A stretch of 64,000 nucleotides of DNA from Guillardia theta CCMP2712 (Eukaryota > Protista > Cryptophyta): positions 503,891-567,890 of the forward strand of contig NW_005434631.1 of the NCBI RefSeq assembly GCF_000315625.1, in the 5' to 3' direction. The notes below the pieces were generated by a model. The model did no database searches. It worked only from the letters and a program-made list of their open reading frames with translations, and was not told where the DNA came from. Within the stretch, counting starts at the first letter, position 1. Each line of letters begins with the position of its first letter. This document shows, in pieces, positions 61,118-64,000 of this stretch. Both the position numbers and the translations under genes were made by a program.

Positions 61118-62831
61118 TCAAGAGCCTGAGAAAGACAGTAAGGAGGAGGAGGAGGAGGAGGAGGAGGAAGTCAGGCAGGCGACGAGGAGTAGGAGATGAA
61201 GCTGGCGGTTGAATGAGGAACAGGAAGAATAGTGCGAGGGGAGAAGAGGTGGAGGAGCTTGTACAACCTCGCCGGGCTCGAAAAAGCCAACGTAGTTTGA
61301 CGGCGAGATGGCACGTAGGCTGGCGATGACATCTGCAGACATGCTATCAGCCCCACATCCCCCTTACACTCCCTCCCCCGCTCCTCCTCCCCCGTCCCTC
61401 CACCCTCCTCTGCACACAACCGCTCCCTTACTCAGCCTCCCTCCCCTCCTCCTCCTCCTCCTCCTCACCAGCACCCAGCTTGATCGTGTCGTGCTTCTCC
61501 AGCTTGTCAATGAACCTCGTGATGCTCTCTTGCGTCACAGCTGCTCCTCTCGTCTCCTCCTTCAGCAGCTCGTACGCTCCGTCAACCTGCTCCCTCCTCA
61601 GCACTGTCTGGATCGCCTCTGCCGTCACTTCCCAGTGCCCGTTGAGATCTGCCGACACGGCCGCCTCGTCCAGCAGCAGCTTGCCAAGGCCCTTGAGCAT
61701 CGAGTCGAGCGCCACCATGGTGTGGCCCAGGGGGACGCCGACGTTGCGGGAGACGGTCGAGTCGGTGAGGTCGCGCTGGAGGCGGGAGATGGGGAGCTTG
61801 TTGCTGAGGTGCTCCAGGATGGCGTTAGCGATGCCAAAGTTGCCCTCCGCGTTCTCGAAGTCGATCGGGTTGACCTTGTGGGGCATGGCGGAGGAGCCGA
61901 TCTCTCCAGCCTTGGTCTTCTGTTTGAAGAGCCCCTGGGAGATGTAAGTCCAGATGTCGCGGGCGAGGTCGATGAGAATGACGTTGATCCTCCTCGTGCC
62001 GTCGAAGAGCGCTGCCATGTTGTCGTAGTGCTCGATCTGCGTCGTGCACTGCAAGCGCTGCAGGCCGAGCCCGTCGATGAGAGCATTGCAGAACGCGATC
62101 CAGTCACGGTCGGGGTAGGCGACCTTATGGGCATTGAGATTCCCCGTGGCTCCTCCGAACTTGGAGCAGTGGGGCACAGACTCGAGGTTCTCTACCTGGG
62201 ACTTGATCCTGTGAACGAAGACCATGATCTCCTTGCCCATGCGCGTCGGGGATGCTGGCTGCCCGTGGGTGCGGGCGAGGAGGGGCACGTCAGCCCACCT
62301 CCTAGCGTACGAGTCGAGCACGCAGAGGACTTGGGCGAGCTTGGGGAGGTAGACGCTGCGGTAGAAGTTGAGGATCATGAGGGGGTAGCAGGTGTTGTTG
62401 ATGTCCTGCGAGGTAAGGCCGAAGTGGACGAACTCCTTGACCTTGGTCAGCTTCTCCATCCCAGGCTCCGACGACATTTGCGTCAGCCTCCACTTGATGA
62501 AGTACTCCACAGCCTTCACGTCGTGGTTGGTGGCGAGGGGTGGCCCCCCCTCCGCTCCTCCCTTGAACTCCGTCTGCTTCACCCACTCTGCGTCCTTGTC
62601 CGCGAAGTTGAGGTATATACCTCGGAGCTTCTCGAGGAGAGTTGGGCTGGGCTGGACCTCGGCGAGCTGGGGGAGGGGAGGCTGCATGGAGAGCAGCGCG
62701 ATGAAGTACTCGATCTCAACATGCACGCGGTACTTGATGTAGGCGAACTCAGAGAAATGGTCTGAAACCTGCTGGAGGCGGTTGCGATATCGCCCGTCCA
62801 GGGGCCCAATGGCGTGCAGCTGTGTCGACAT
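61118..62831 (-). CDS. purB: Adenylosuccinate lyase (E. coli/plant-type PurB)
   Basis: AIGPLDGRY, TNHDVKAVEYF, FVHFGLTSQDIN, LARTHGQPASPT, KFGGATGN, TTQIEHYD, signature GSSAMPHKVNPIDFENAEGN, SRLQRDLTDST; last exon ..LRAISPSNYVG. 3' end approximate; additional 5' exons possible. Confidence 0.96.
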
Positions 62832-64000
62832 CCTTCTGTCCAAACAGGAGGCGTCAGGGGCAGCAGGCACGAGGGAGAAGAGGAGGAGGAGGAGGGGCAA
62901 GAGCAGGGCCTCCTGGGACCCGCGACTCTGCTGTATCCTCATCCTCCTGACTAGTCGCTAACACCCATCCCTGGACCCTCTCTGCTCCAGCAATCTCCTT
63001 CGTTGTCTGATCAAAGAAGAGAACATAAGGCAACCAACAGCTGCTCAACAGACCCTACAGTAGTACCCCGTTCACCTGCACTCTGCCGCACTACAGAACC
63101 TCGTCACCAGCTCCCCAAATGGGTTTGCTGCTGTGACTGATACCTACAATGAGCGGATTGAAGGAAGGGGATCAGGTGGCAAGGAACAGCGGAGCAAAGG
63201 GGAAGATAGAAGAAGAAAGTGGATGAAGAGGATTCCAGCCTTCTCTCTTGCTCCTGCACTCCCTCCTCCTCTGTCAAAGTCGTAGCCCCTTCCAGATATC
63301 TCCACCTCTTGATTCGTTGTCTGCTCACAAATGCACTATCACTCAGCTCCCTTACTGCTGATGCTGATGCTGATGCTGATGCTGATGCTGATGCTCCTAC
63401 TACTACGAAAATGACAATCACTGCTGATGCTGACTTTAGAATCCAACTCGAGATCCTGGTTCTCCCCCTCACCTCACCCCGCTGAACTTCCTTACTTCAC
63501 CAGCTCATGTCAATCCTGCCCGACCCATCGCTCATCATGCGTGCCTTGCTTCTGCTGCTGATGAACTCTCGTCTCACTTCCTCCCTCCCCCCNNNNNNNN
63601 NNNNNNNNNNNNNNNNNNNNNNNNNNNNNNNNNNNNNNNNNNNNNNNNNNNNNNNNNNNNNNNNNNNNNNNNNNNNNNNNNNNNNNNNNNNNTACTACTC
63701 TCTCTCTCTCCCCTCCCCACCCCCCTCCCCCTCCTCCTCCTCCTCCTCCTCCCTTGCCCCTCCTCCTCCTCCTCCCTTGCCCCTCCTCCCTCTTTCTTTC
63801 TCCATTAGCAACCTCTTTCTCTTTTTCTATTTTTTTTGCCTTTGATCCCCACCCCACCCCCGCTTGACGACAATTTGGGTGGGATGTCAAGGGGTGAAAG
63901 ACTACCCCTTTTACAGGTACCCCTGTTTCGACTTACTACCACCTCCACCCCATCATCTTCCTAGATTCCCATGGGTACTAAAACCCCACCCCACCCTCAC

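Noticed and set aside
61308-62765. 485-aa plus-strand ORF antisense to purB (likewise antisense ORFs over the NRAMP, carrier and kinase genes)
   Set aside because: Shadow ORFs caused by high GC3 on the coding strand; no motifs.
1-64000. rRNA, intact tRNA, telomeric arrays, or viral (capsid, polB, packaging ATPase) genes
   Set aside because: None recognised by eye; small ncRNAs cannot be excluded without covariance-model searches.

Overview
Eukaryotic nuclear scaffold: gene-dense and GC-rich, with many ~45-55 bp GT-AG introns, introns inflated by (CCT)n/(GGA)n/(GAT)n microsatellites, and several N-gaps. The gene style and a lineage-expanded HTH family suggest a cryptophyte alga of the Guillardia type (inference, no database search). 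Recognisable genes: an MBD/LysM-like/zinc-finger chromatin protein, two ankyrin proteins, a mitochondrial carrier, a PX-domain protein, a probable pseudokinase, TRM10, an RRM protein, a WD40 protein, an FkbM-type methyltransferase, an NRAMP/MntH transporter and adenylosuccinate lyase (purB). The most notable region is a mobile-DNA island at ~13-20 kb. It holds an apparently intact tyrosine-recombinase (Crypton-type) gene whose two ORFs are joined by a 48-bp intron, and a young 1.53-kb non-autonomous copia-type LTR element with half-tRNA-iMet PBS, PPT and 5-bp TSD. Also notable: a head-to-head pair of 100%-identical 61-aa peptide genes, and a recurrent intergenic architecture (GTACTGATTTTTAACTTAACTTT motif, GC-rich palindromic core, sense-strand GGGGT clusters). 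Exon boundaries were read by eye, so ends of multi-exon genes are approximate.
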